In this document: in pieces, positions 51,857-64,000 of the stretch
How the letters are laid out: each line of letters begins with the position of its first letter
Position numbering within the stretch: position 1 is the stretch's first letter
Assembly (NCBI GenBank): GCA_024679065.1
Contig: JAGIQG010000011.1
Span: 71,858,001-71,922,000 of the forward strand
Length of the DNA: 64,000 bases
From: Sphyrna mokarran
Taxonomy: Eukaryota
Direction: 5' to 3'
The notes under the pieces: model-generated
What the model was told of the DNA's origin: nothing
What the model saw: the letters and a program-made list of their open reading frames with translations, nothing else
Database searches by the model: none
Made by a program: the position numbers and the translations under genes

Positions 51857-51918
51857 ACATAGAACATAGAACATTACAGCACAGTACAGGCCCTTCAGCC
51901 CTCGATGTTGCGCCGGCC
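51857..51918 (-). mobile_element. CR1 LINE extreme 3' end
   Basis: catagaacatagaacattacagcacagtacaggcccttcagccctcgatgttgcgccg. Confidence 0.8.
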
Positions 51919-53453
51919 AGTGGACGTGAGATGGTTTTGAGAAACTCTGGGTTTAAATGCAATTCAAAATGGCAACTAGGTATTGTCAAATAATGTTTTA
52001 AATGGAAATATCAATTCCTTTGGATTTTCCCATCTAATCTTCAACTATCAGGTGATGTCGATGAAGATTACAATGCCATGGAGGTTGCTTGATGCTTGAT
52101 AATATTCGCAAGGCTATAAAATTGCTCGAGATCTTCGTTGTTTAGTTTCTTCATGCTTTGGCTAATGAATAAACACGATCTGGTTCTTCCGCTTCCTCGA
52201 ATTGTACTTTCTAATTTACTTGACAGAAAATGTGCACATGCAATGGCATCCTGTAATCAGCACTTTCATTCTTCCAGTCAAAGAAGAGTGGGAAAAAAAA
52301 AGTGAGAACAAGATTCAAAATGACCATAAGCGGGTTCAGTCCTGATGAGCTGTTTATCACAGACTGGAATCATACTGCAGCCGAAACAAAGTCACAAGCA
52401 ACGGATGATTTGACATCGAGGTTCGACTGCCACTTTCATGCCAATGGATACCCAATATCACTTCACGTCAACGCAAAAGTAACAGTATATAACTACATTT
52501 GCGGAGGGTTTGTTCTGTCACTTTATGGAAATCTTTTTGCTTAGAGAGAGCTGTGAACACTTGGATCTGACTGTGTGGTAAGAAAATAATAATTAAACTG
52601 TATACAGCTATTAACAGTTTGTGTAAAATAAATTTTAAAAGTGACAGTAGGAGGGAAAAGATAATAAAACCATGACATCAGTTTGAAAAAAATAAATGGG
52701 AGAATCTATAGAAGAAAATTAGAACTGTACAAAGTGTACAGCACAGTACACTGTGTGTATAATTAGAAGGACAGGTATTAAAATGTTATTTCTATGTTGT
52801 GACTGTAACATGATTCTAACCTCTTACCATGCTATAAAGAGTTTTTAACGTGCAACTAAATAATTTCAATCTGTTCCATTTAACTCATTTCCTGTCAAGT
52901 TGTTTATTTGTTTTTCAAACCTTTTATTAGATTGAAGTATGGATAAGGTAATTATCGAAAAATATACTGTTTGGAAGCAGCAGCAAGAAACGACATGAGC
53001 AGGGCCCAAAGTGAGGCATCCATTTTATACAATGACAATGGACACTACTGGCCTCAGTAACAGAAAAGGTGAATGAATGTCCTCAGTGGAAAATAAGAAA
53101 GGCTTATATGCTGCAACTATACAAGCCAGCCACACAACATTATTAATACAATGAAATATTAATCACACCACTGTGTAGTTACAATGATTAACTGCAAATG
53201 TTGACTATTTTTCTTAAGTTTCTTTGCAGCAAGGGAGTGGCCATGTGCAGGAAGACACTTAACCTCCATCACATTACTCCTGGATGCACACAGCCAGCCT
53301 CTGACCACCTGAGACAGATCACGACGCATGTTACACTCACTCATGCACACCAAGCAATACACAAGTTCAGTGTAAAGCGACTTTAAAAGCTCATCGGGCA
53401 CGTACTTTGCTTGTACGAAATACCTTATTCATGACAGAGCAGCAAGTGCCTAG

Positions 53454-53585
53454 NNNNNNNNNNNNNNNNNNNNNNNNNNNNNNNNNNNNNNNNNNNNNNN
53501 NNNNNNNNNNNNNNNNNNNNNNNNNNNNNNNNNNNNNNNNNNNNNNNNNNNNNNNNNNNNNNNNNNNNNNNNNNNNNNNNNNNNN
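53454..53585. other. Assembly gap (132 N)
   Basis: Run of N. Confidence 1.
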
Positions 53586-54274
53586 TTAAAGTTTGATGAG
53601 TTGGCGGCAGAACGCTTCCTAGCTGCTGCAGGAGAGCTGCTTATTTTGCCAAAGTTGTTTAAAAGATGAAGGGGGCAGGAAGGGAGAGACTGTGATGGGA
53701 AAAAAAGAGATATAAAATAGGGAATGGTTAGAATGCAGAGCTGGAACAATGACACAAGTAACAGCATCTAGTTTACAATTGGTGCCAGACTGCCACTTGT
53801 GAACTGCAATCTGACAGGGGCTATTTGATATCATGGCTCTGTTTCAGTCTAATTTATTGCATATATAGGACACAACTCCCTGTGTACCCATTTCACAGTT
53901 TTTCAAATGAAATTACTTTCATACAATATTTCCCAACATACCCGTTATATGAAAGTCAGAGAAAACATTATTAAAATTTATGCAAGGAGGTATTATTATG
54001 TTTGATCAACCCACAGATGGCAATGTATTCAAATCCTTAATACAGTCACCAGTAGGTTTAAATGCATACCTTTATTTTCTTTTTGCTTTGATGAAAGATT
54101 TTAACCCACACCCATCTCCCTGCTACCCCCTCCCACACCCCCTCCACTTCTCTCCTGCCCCCACTTCTCCTTACATCAGGAAATAAAACTTTTGAGATAA
54201 GAATTTATCATCTTGCAGCTATTAAGATATTCTTGAAATTACTGGCCACCGGAACAAACACATTCTCAACCGTC

Positions 54275-54790
54275 GCAACACATATACACGTGCAGAAGTA
54301 TGCATACACACACACGTGCACACACATACACACATGCATTCAAACATACATAGAAACACATGAATGCACACACACCAAAATACACAGGCATATATGTACA
54401 CATACATGCACTCAAACAAACACAGAAACATATATACGGACAAGATTGCACCAAAATACACATGCAAACATGCATACACACATGTGCACTCAAACATATA
54501 CAGAAACACATGTATGCACAAGCACACACCAAAACACACATGCAAACATGCATACACACATCTGCGCTCATACATAGAAACACATGTATGTTTATGCACC
54601 AAAACACATATACACACACAAGCACACATGTATTCATTCACAGAAACACATGTATGCACAAGCACACACCAAAACATACATGTAAACATGCATACACACA
54701 CATGCACTCAAACATTCACAGAAATACATGTATGCACAAACACATACCAAAATACATATGTATACACACACACACACACATACACATATG
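54275..54790. repeat. CA-rich minisatellite, about 6 units of 66-78 bp
   Basis: The agaaa anchor recurs at 54352, 54424, 54502, 54576, 54642 and 54720, each followed by a ccaaaa motif. Confidence 0.85.
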
Positions 54791-57675
54791 TGTTTAGGAT
54801 TGAATTTGCTAATAAGTTGTGGCAGATTAACGTCAACTGAGGCACCTGCTAGCTGCCCAGACTCTGGGAGAGGAAAAAAAAGGCATCTAAATCAACACAG
54901 GGAATGAGCTGGCTGACACTGTGTATAAAATCAGAGCTTTTTATGTGGAATCTTCATTTCATCCAGACTCTGTGCGCCTGTTCATCGATATATTATCATT
55001 GCCAAAGTGGACAACTTTACCAAACAATACCATGTTTGGCTGCTCTCAGTTCTCTAAAGGATTGAAAAAATTGACCCCAAAGCGCATTCTTCATTTAACA
55101 ATATGACATGGCGTTAAAAGATTTTTTTTGAGGTGCATCAAGATAGAGAAAAACGACTGCCTGGATGTTGCCATTTGAAGTTTTTGAAAGGTAGCTTTAC
55201 AAAAGCTAGTTTGCTTTTTTCGCAGGAGGCATAAATACTTTTTTTTCTCTCTTTATAAACGGGTGGGAGTTTTGGCTGAAAAAAAATATCGTGAAAGATA
55301 ATCGTACATTCTGTTACAGGCAACAAAAGGGGAGGAAAAAAGAAAGTAAAGAGAGAAAAAAAGTAAAGTCCACTGCATTATTCTTTGCTCTGAGTGTGAT
55401 ATATATGCTCTGAGCATTGCAAACCATTGGCCACATTGGATTTTCTGCGATACTCTCCCAAGATTTAAACAAAGGGAAACAATTTTTACTCCTCAAACAA
55501 AGAATTCCCCTGAACGGGACCCCCTGCCCAGCAGGTCACCTATCTTTGCGACAGTTTTCCTTTTCCCACGCTAACCCCAGGGCTCGTTTGCATAAGGACT
55601 CTGTTGTGACAATTAGTTTCAGGTGAGCTGATTTCTATGAATCTGAGCTCAAGACATTGCAGCTACTCCAGGCCTCCCTGATGCCTTTCCTAATTGCGAC
55701 TGACTGGCACCAGACACAATCGCCCTCTTGAATCAGCAAATTGTCGTCCCAAGTAACATGTTGCGACCCTCGTATTGCACAAATCATATCACTGCGCCCA
55801 GCGAGGTAAACAAGGACTAGTGTGAATTCAAAAGCCCAGCACAATAGCCAGCTGATCCTCCCCTTTCACCTCCTGGCTGCTGCAAGTTTTTTTCCCCTCT
55901 TTATTTTTTTAGGCTGGGGGGTGGGGGAGGCTGGTGGGGGGAAAAGCTGTTGTGTTTGGAGCCTGGACATCTTTCTGTCACATTTCTGGAGCACTGTCAA
56001 GTTCCTGTGTGCAGCAATGTATAATTATCATGTATCCGTGAGGGAGTGTGTAATTTCCACCACTGATGAAAGGGATCCAAGACCACTGCCTCTGTTTCAG
56101 TCTTACAATGAAGTCGCTCCCCCCCACTTTTTTTGTTCCTTTTTTTATGTTGTTTTGTTCACCCCCGCTATCCCCCACTCACACTTACACAGCCCCACAC
56201 CTTTTGGCAAGGCATCTCAAACAAATGCCAAAGGTAGCACCATCGAAAGGCTGACAAGTCTTAAAGCGGAGCCCTTCATTTTAACTACTTTTTTTCCAAA
56301 ATAAAATCACCATTAATCTGCACCTTTATTTAACCACATTCTGCACTACTCTCCCACCCACCTCCTACCCCTGTTCCTTAAAAAAAAGAGCGGGAGTGAA
56401 AAATGATGTAATGTCTGCTCAGCTATGTAAAGCTGATCTGATCTGCCCTACACAAGCCCTCTAATTCCCAGTCGAATCCACCTTTAATCAATGGGACCAG
56501 ATTGAGTCACCACCATGCCTACTGTTCATGGTTTTTGGATGCACAGGTACTCACATCATTGCAAAGTGGGAACTCCCAAAAATTTAGGGGTTTTTTTTCA
56601 ACACAAAAAAGTTGACAGGGACTCCTAGGGACACAGCAACTGTCGCATTTCCCCTAAGTTGCTGCAAAAACCAGAATAGCTGAAGAAGAAAGCTCTTCTT
56701 TCTGATGGAACTCTGTTTTAGCTCCCAAGGCATCCTGCATCTCAGAAAGGTTTGTCTGGAATCGCTGTTGTAAAATGTAAGCCACACGTGAGGTTTTGAC
56801 AAAAAAAAGCACAATAAAATGAAGATGTTATTGTTGATGAAGAAACAACATTTTCTTATGGTGGCACAATAACATTCAAACGGAACGGCCTGCATTATGT
56901 GAAAGCTGAGTCCACCATAAACAGTTAACACTTTCCTCATGGTTAAGAGGGAGAAAGCCCTAGGAACACCTCAAAGCAGGTCCTCTCTGGAGCTCTGCAC
57001 CTTGGAAGACTCTGGTAAAGTGCCGCTGAGTCTCAGTTCAGGTGCAGGCCCTTTCTCTTTTATGCATTTTAATGCTATATTGCCAAAACATGTAAATAGA
57101 ACATTACAATTTACATTTTTTACACAGCCATCAGAACATCAACTCAACTGTATAAAAAAAGTCGCTTTGATAATAATTATACTGATACTTCTTCTCAGGC
57201 TGCTTCAGACAGATAATTTGAACCGTATTTCTGTATTGTCTCTTTCTCAGTGCCCATTGCCACCTTCTGACAATGTGGGTTCCAAAATCCCCCCTCTCCT
57301 TCCACCTGCAAGAGAATCGATGAGACTGCATCCTAAAGGAACTCAGCTTTCTGGCATGTCAAAAGGTTCTGGCTTTTGAGTCAGCCTCTTTCAGTGCAGT
57401 CCATACGTATTCATTGCCAAAGGTTTGCAGAGCAATATGTTTGAATTGAAAATCTGTTAAGATATCAGCTCATTGTGTCTGCAGACATCTTTATGTTCAT
57501 TCCTTAGTTCAGCTGTAGTCTTTCAAAGCATTAAGCATTGGCTTTTGTGGAAGTTACTATCAAAACCCTTGAACTGATCTCCTTTTGAATTGGCTTTCCT
57601 TCCAATGTTGATGATTTCCAGTGTTTAGGATTAAATTATTTGTGCTATTATCAATTTAAAACTGAAAAAAAAACA

Positions 57676-57978
57676 TTATTTATTAGTCACAAGCAAGCTT
57701 CCATGGTCTACACTGCAACAAAGTTACTGTGAAAATCCTCTAATTGCCACACTCCAGCGCCTGTTTGGGTACACTGAGGGAGAATTTAACATGGCCAATG
57801 CACCTAACCAGCATGTCTTTTGGACCATGGGAGAAAACTGGAGCACCTGGGAGGAAACCCACATAGACACGGCGAGAACATGCAGACTCCGCACAGATAG
57901 TGATTCAAGGCCAGAATTGAAGCCGGGTCCCTGATGCTATGAGGCAGCAGTATAACTACTGACCCACCACGCCGCCCC
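57676..57978 (-). mobile_element. SINE type B, full length
   Basis: Minus strand ggggcggcgtggtgggtcagt head, V-core and type B tail. Confidence 0.9.
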
Positions 57979-58285
57979 ATACAATTTTTGATTGTAATTG
58001 GAATGTAGACTATTATGGCAACTGCTGGAAAATAATATCTTTTGGTTTTGAGCTGGGGTGGTGGGGTGGAGTCCTCAGTGGGATCATATTTCATGTTGGA
58101 TAAGCGGAACATAAGATGGTGTCAAAATAATGTAAGAAGAATGCGAGGTAGGCATTTAGATATCGAGTGAAATAGGCTTTTTATCGCTGTTATACATTTC
58201 ACCTCCCAAAACGCTATTTCCGTTGTTGAGATGGTGAGAATAAAATGTGAAAGCAAAGAATGATACGAATGGAGTAAGCAGTACC

Positions 58286-58487
58286 CATAGTCATAGAATT
58301 TTACAACACGAAAACAGACCCTTCAACCCATCGTGTCTGCACTGGCCATCAAGCACCTATTACTTCCAATCTCATTTTCACATGCTCTGAAGCCTTGAAT
58401 GCTGTCACATTTCAAGTGCTCATCTAGATGCTTCTTAAATGTTGTGCGAATTCCTGCCCCTACCACCCTTTCGGGCAGTCAGTTCCA
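58286..58487 (-). mobile_element. CR1 LINE 3' end
   Basis: catagtcatagaattttacaacacgaaaacagacccttcaaccc...taccaccctttcgggcag. Confidence 0.8.
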
Positions 58488-58833
58488 GTTGTTAGCACTG
58501 CTGTCTCACAGTGCCAGGGACCTAGGTTCAATTCTGGCCTTGGGTGACTGTTAGAGTGGAGTTTGCGTGTCCTTCCCATGTCTGCATGGGTTTCTTCCAA
58601 GTGCTCTGGTTTCTCCCCATCGTCCAAAGATGTGCAGGTTAGGACATGCTAAAGAGTCCCTTAGTGTCACAAGATGTGTAGGTTAGATGGATTAGCCATC
58701 GTGAATATGTGAGGATAGGATGGGAGAGAGGGCCTGGTTAAGATATTCTGTTAGGGAGTTAGTGCAGACCTTATAGGCCAAATGGCCTCCATCTGTACTA
58801 TAGCGTTTCTATGATGATGATGATTGTATGATG
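58486..58833 (+). mobile_element. HE1-type V-SINE abutting the CR1 fragment
   Basis: gttagcactgctgtctcacagtgccagggacctaggttcaattc head, core and ttctatgatgatg tail. Confidence 0.88.
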
Positions 58834-59637
58834 ATTTATGGCAGGCAATACCCATGGCTGACTTATATTAGTGATGGTTGGGTAAAATGGTACAGACAGT
58901 GTCCACTGTACAGTAAACAGTGCCTTTAGCGAGCTAAATGCTGCAAAGATGATTGCCTTCAGTACAAACTATGTAAAAGTGGCCATTGAGGTGACACCAT
59001 TTTCCAAACTAGAATGACTCAATTACTTTGTGGACTTTCTGACATAGTCCCCTATTCTGGGAAATGCTATTGGGTCTGGCCTGCAGGCATATGAGCTGTC
59101 ATTTTAATTTCAAAAATGTGCAAAAACAGTTTGTCACATCCTAGTTATTTTTACATGGTTATCATTCAGACCAAAGCCCACCATTTATAAGGCTTTTTTT
59201 TAAGAAGCTGCAGTGCCATGTTAAAAGGAACTTCCACACTGTGGAACACAGAGTTCCAAGAACAGGCAGAAACATCACTCCAGCCAAGTCTACTCTCATC
59301 AACCCCAACTGCAGTGGAGAAATGTTGGGACATCTGGGCAACTTTGGACAACCTGTTAGTCCGCAGCTGTTTCTTCATTCAGTAGAAAGTGCAACTGAGA
59401 TCAGAGCAAACAAAATGTTTGCAGCACCAAGGATGCAATGGATGGCATCACTGTCTTCCACTGTCTACAAATATAATAAACTGTCTTAACTGTATTATAT
59501 GTAACACTGGCATTGCCTCTTCAAATGGTTCAGTAAAGTATGGCTATTTTAAATTGTGTGTATCTTTACACTCATGATCCTTAGCTTTGATGTGTCTTTA
59601 TCTTCACATCTCTTTTGTGCTATACTTTGAACATTTC

Positions 59638-59824
59638 AGAATGATAGAAACCCTACAGAGCAGGAAGAGGCCATTCAGCACATTGAGTCTGCACCAAGCA
59701 CAATCCCACACAGGCCCATATCCCTACATACTTTACCTGCTAATCCTTCCATCCTATGCATCTCAGGACACTAAGGGGCAATTTTAACATGGCCAATCAA
59801 CCTAACCCGCACATTTTTAGACTG
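59638..59824 (-). mobile_element. HE1-type V-SINE, 3' half
   Basis: atagaaaccctacagagcaggaagaggccattc...ggggcaattttaacatggccaatcaacctaacccgcacat. Confidence 0.82.
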
Positions 59825-60534
59825 AAATTGCATATGATAATAGCAATGCCACAGTTGGTCTTGCCATCAGTGGTTGGAGTGGGGAAAACTGGCCAGATGC
59901 TCCAGTTATGATATCTTGGAATTCCCAATCCCCTCCCCTACTGAAGGCGCCAACCCATCGTGAACCTCATATACACCCACCACCAGCATTTATGTCCGCT
60001 ACACTGTCTGAGTTTTGATTCGTGTGCCAACAAGTTTTTGTTCAACAGATGGGTGGTGATGTGGAGCAGGAAGGGGAATCATAATTGAACCCCAACTTAC
60101 CCTCACTTTATGCTCTCCATTAGGATTGTGTTGGCATCTTGTTTGCGTTCTGTGATCCTTTGTTCTGGTAACACTAAGAAAAACTGGACAACCAATTTAA
60201 ACAGAGTCATATTATTCATCTGTTATATCCTATATACAGCAACAATCATTTTCTTTCATACCCCTGATGAGAATAGTGCAAAGAATCACAATATCCATCA
60301 GTGAGCACTATTTGATGTTACCCAGGCAATCCAGAATATTCTGCTCAACTAAAGAAGGATTGGTTCAGTTTTCTTCTTACTTGCTCACCAATTTTCTTCC
60401 ACAGTCCTCCTCTTGCTTTGAAACTCTCTCGTGGATGTGTCCACCATATACCTCAGGCCTGTGGCTATTCTTCATGTATAAGCCTTTGTATGACTGTCAA
60501 TTCTGACTGCAGATCTAGGGAGAGTTGGAAGCGT

Positions 60535-60890
60535 TATCATAGTTAAGTCAGCTATTATCCTCCATCTTGTCCTCATGGCTTAATTCCAGCTGGGAATTCT
60601 GGATAACTATCAGGTCTTGGATCTCTGGATAACTTTCCTCTCCCTAACCTGCAATGATTACGTTAATTGCAACACCCACTATTGTTATCCAGCTATAATA
60701 AAAGCTATAATAGAAAAATGAGGCAGAAATAGGCCATTTGGCCCTTCCAGCCTACTCCACCATTCATTTTGATCATCAAATTCAAAATCCTGATCCTGCC
60801 TTTCCCCCCATATCTCTTAATCGTTTTAGCTGTAAGAGCTGAGATTAGCTAACTCAGCACAGACAGGGGTCAAATTCAGGCCCCTTTGCT
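60535..60890 (-). mobile_element. Family C SINE-like repeat interrupted by a CR1 3' end (about 60705-60835)
   Basis: ctaactcagcacagacaggggtcaaa and cctctccctaacc match family C antisense; aataggccatttggcccttccagcctactccaccattc is an antisense CR1 tail. Confidence 0.55.
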
Positions 60891-60964
60891 CCAAATATTT
60901 CATCCACTTACTGGGTCTTCACTGGTATCCCAGAATTGCTGTTGCAAATTCCACACATGGAATT

Positions 60965-61285
60965 TCAGATCCAACATTAAACCAAGGGCGATCAGATCCA
61001 ACACTAAATCCACCCTTTGAGGTGGACATTAAGCATTCTGTAATATTATCTGAAGAAGAGCAGGGAAGTTCTCCAATTGTTCTGGTCAACGGTTACCCCT
61101 CAACTGGCATCATTTTAAAAAAAACACATTATTCCACTGCTGTTTGTGAGATCTTGCTGTGCATAAACTGGAAGCAAATTTTTCTGCATTATAACAATGA
61201 TTGCATACCTATTTCTTTGACTGACATATTTTGTATTTCCTGCAGTCAGGAAACATGCTTTATAAATATAGTATCTTTTGTCCTT
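60965..61285 (+). mobile_element. Deu-domain SINE (SacSINE1/AmnSINE1-like)
   Basis: cattaaaccaagg...aggtggacattaa...gaagaagagcagggaagttctcc...ccctcaac core and atgctttataaatatag tail. Confidence 0.78.
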
Positions 61286-64000
61286 CATCACTGCAAATAA
61301 AAATATAAATTAACCTCACCCAGGAGTGTATTACTCCAGACTGTGATTTGGACTTGAATTCCAAATGACTTTTATAAGCACGAATGCTTCACTCATGATT
61401 AGTGGCATCACTCTGTGTCTTTCAATCGAGTAACCTACGTATCTGTATTAAGTGGCAGAGGAGTTTGCTTGTTGCTGTGAAGCTACTTGGAACACTAAGG
61501 TTTTTGAGTTGTGGCTGCACACTAGGTAATTTGATACCGAATATATTTTATTAAATTTAATTCAAGGTATTTTCAATTCAGAGCTGAATGATAATTTTGT
61601 TTTTAACGATAATGGTGCAATTAAACACACAATCTCAAGATGGGGAGTTAAGGGGTAAGAGTCAGGTGTGGAGGGAGAGAGGACACAATGTCTGTACTGT
61701 GACACATAAATGTACTGTGACAGGGGTAGGCTTGACATCTGTCGTGACTCCCAAATAGGTTTACATATCCCATCTTTGCATCCTAAAAAAATGAATTGAC
61801 ATGGCAAAAGTCAGAGGCAAGGATAGAAGGAGTTTTGACACAACGTATCTGCATATTGAGGCATGAAAATCCTCCAACATGTGACATTAATAAAGGTCAT
61901 GCTGCTCAGCACCACTGCGTGAACATTTATATGTTACATATAATTAAGGATGTTACTTTACCAAGAGGTTATGGAGGTCACAAGTACTGTGAATTTGTAC
62001 CTGATCTCTGGTTCTTAACCCTCCTGCGTAAATTCTTTTTAAATTACATTGTGTGTACAAAATTGACTTGAACAACTGGTTTGATGTTTTGTTTCAAACT
62101 CTGAAATGCAGTTCTTTTCTTGCCAAATTGTGTTACCAATTATTGTGAAAGAGCTGAACAGACTGTGAAATAAACTGACATTTGTAGGATAGTTTGTGCT
62201 ATGTGTCTCTCTCTCCTCAGTCGCCCGCGTCGCCCCCCCCCCCCCCCCCGCCAGTTGCACAATGCAACAGAGATAAGTCACAGCAAAAGCAACACAGATT
62301 TGCTTATAAATAGGGTCTCTGACAGACCATAGGTTTTGACATTTGATGCCTTTACCGGACTCTGCGATTTCAATTAAAAAAAAACAGACTGTAACGCAAC
62401 AACATCCTCATTTATAATAAGACAGCCATGTGCAAGGTACAAGGCAGTTACATAATCGGCGGTTTGAGATCATCTCCTATGTTTGTGCAGTTTACAACAT
62501 CAGAGGTCTTTTAATTGTTTTAAACACAGACATTCTCCTTTGTTAATTCAAGTCAAATTGCAGTGATTTATTTGTTTAAAAAATGCATACAACGGCTGCA
62601 GTTATGAAAACAATAATCATGATGAATTCTTCTTTACGTGAAGTAGCGTTTGAGGCAATAGAATTAAATAGTCATTTACCGATGCGTTTGTTGGGAGCAA
62701 AAACTAGTACGTAACTGGGTGCTATTTCTTTTCACAGCTAGGGGAAGCACAGGTATGGCTTTAACCTCTCTTCACTTATTCAGCAGGCTGGTATTTCTGC
62801 CCAGCTTGTCTGTGCCTTGAGGAAGGTAGGGGCGCTCGCTGGTAATTCTACGAGATCATTTTCCTCACAGCTAGTTCAACTCACTGAATGCTTTAGGATA
62901 AGCAAGTTAAGGTTATCAGTAATAATGACTATCACAGAAGGTGACTACACGGAATCTTTTTAGGAAGAGATAGTTCGCCACGTTTTATCGTTAAATAGCT
63001 CCGGCGCAGACTTCCTCAGAGACCTTCAACCAGGTGTAACAGCAACGCACCTCTCAACCGCAAAGCCCCAGCTTCATAGATTGAAACAGTACTGCTCAAA
63101 TCATAGGGACGTTACATTTAAGATGCAGTGTTAATCCCATGTTCGCAACTTGCAGGAGCATGTCAGCGAGGTTTCACCTCACTAAAATTCCAATTTCTAT
63201 TCAATCTTGCAAAATTAACACGAAACAGCGCATCAGCAGAAACCTCCCCCACTTTACTTCATTTATAAATTGCAAGAATGATGCCATTATATATTATTAA
63301 TTTCTGCTGTTTGCCACTGCAGTGATAGCACCGAGCCGCGGATGTTCGAGCTTTGTAATTAGGTTCTAGTAGGGCAGCCATCCGTCCCTTTTCAAAAATT
63401 TACAGGATTCTTAATCACACTGCTCATTTGACTGTGCAGTAGCAAGTACAGTGAAACACAAACAGGCCACGTTCGTTTACACAGGAACACCTGCTTAGCC
63501 TGATAGCAGATGTCACCGCGAAGAGAGAGAGGAAAAAAAGGAAAAGAGAGATCAGCCATCTCGGCTGATTATCCTTTACTTTTGCTCCCAAAGCACATAT
63601 CAACTCTGCCCAACTCTTCCTTGATCTTTTTTTTAAAGTTTGGCTGTGCAACACCCCAGCCTGCATATTAAAATTTTGCACGATTCTCTAGATCGCTTGC
63701 TTGTGCTTTCTTCGACATTGCGTTTATCCACTTCTTGCTAAGAACCTCTAGCTCTGGAGGATAGTGTAAAAAATGTTTAACTTCCATAGTAACACTGCTG
63801 AGGGGAGAGGCAGTGGGGATAAGCTCCTTTCCATTGCAGTTTTTAGGCTAAATGAGTTTGGGGAAACCTCCCTTACTTGACACTTCTCAAACAAAACCTC
63901 CATCAAATGTCTTGAAAACGTGTGCTTATGATTTCAATAGCCACGCTACATAATGATCAGAGCTATTCCTACCTCTAGATTCATCATTTAAAAGTAGCAA

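Noticed and set aside
52331-52400. Hammerhead-like CTGATGA-gctg...cagc-c-GAAAC-aaa-GTC
   Set aside because: Core boxes and a partial stem II exist, but there is an extra C before GAAA and no stem I (cagtc vs acaag); no type III arrangement fits either. Probably chance.
47500-52440. Identical 16-mer gactgccactttcatg at 47500 and 52425
   Set aside because: One such match is about what chance predicts in 64 kb; the flanks do not align.
1-64000. CRISPR arrays, operons or other prokaryotic systems
   Set aside because: The sequence is vertebrate; there is no repeat-spacer array and no long, dense ORFs.

Overview
This is vertebrate DNA, AT-rich and CpG-depleted. The repeat content (HE1-type V-SINEs, Deu-domain SINEs, CR1/L2 3' ends, Harbinger MITEs, Penelope-like pLTR fragments) indicates a cartilaginous fish, most likely a shark. 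I recognise no host protein-coding exon, RNA gene or miRNA; the window reads as a large intron or gene desert with two assembly gaps, many old repeats and several repeat-free, partly CpG-retaining blocks that may be regulatory. The only recognisable protein sequences are transposon-derived: a Harbinger Myb/SANT exon at 48628-48885 and LINE reverse-transcriptase C-terminal fragments. The most interesting items are (1) minimal hammerhead-ribozyme motifs in two Penelope-like repeat families, one with an intact catalytic core at 50504-50543; (2) a near-perfect 160-bp direct repeat (20460-20619 / 21263-21421) carrying minus-strand splice signals; (3) a decayed Harbinger element and a clean TAA-flanked MITE; (4) a low-GC, CpG-retaining region at 62221-63725. 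I found no convincing evidence of a wholly new biological system. Repeat family names come from recognition by eye, not database searches, and most repeat boundaries are approximate.
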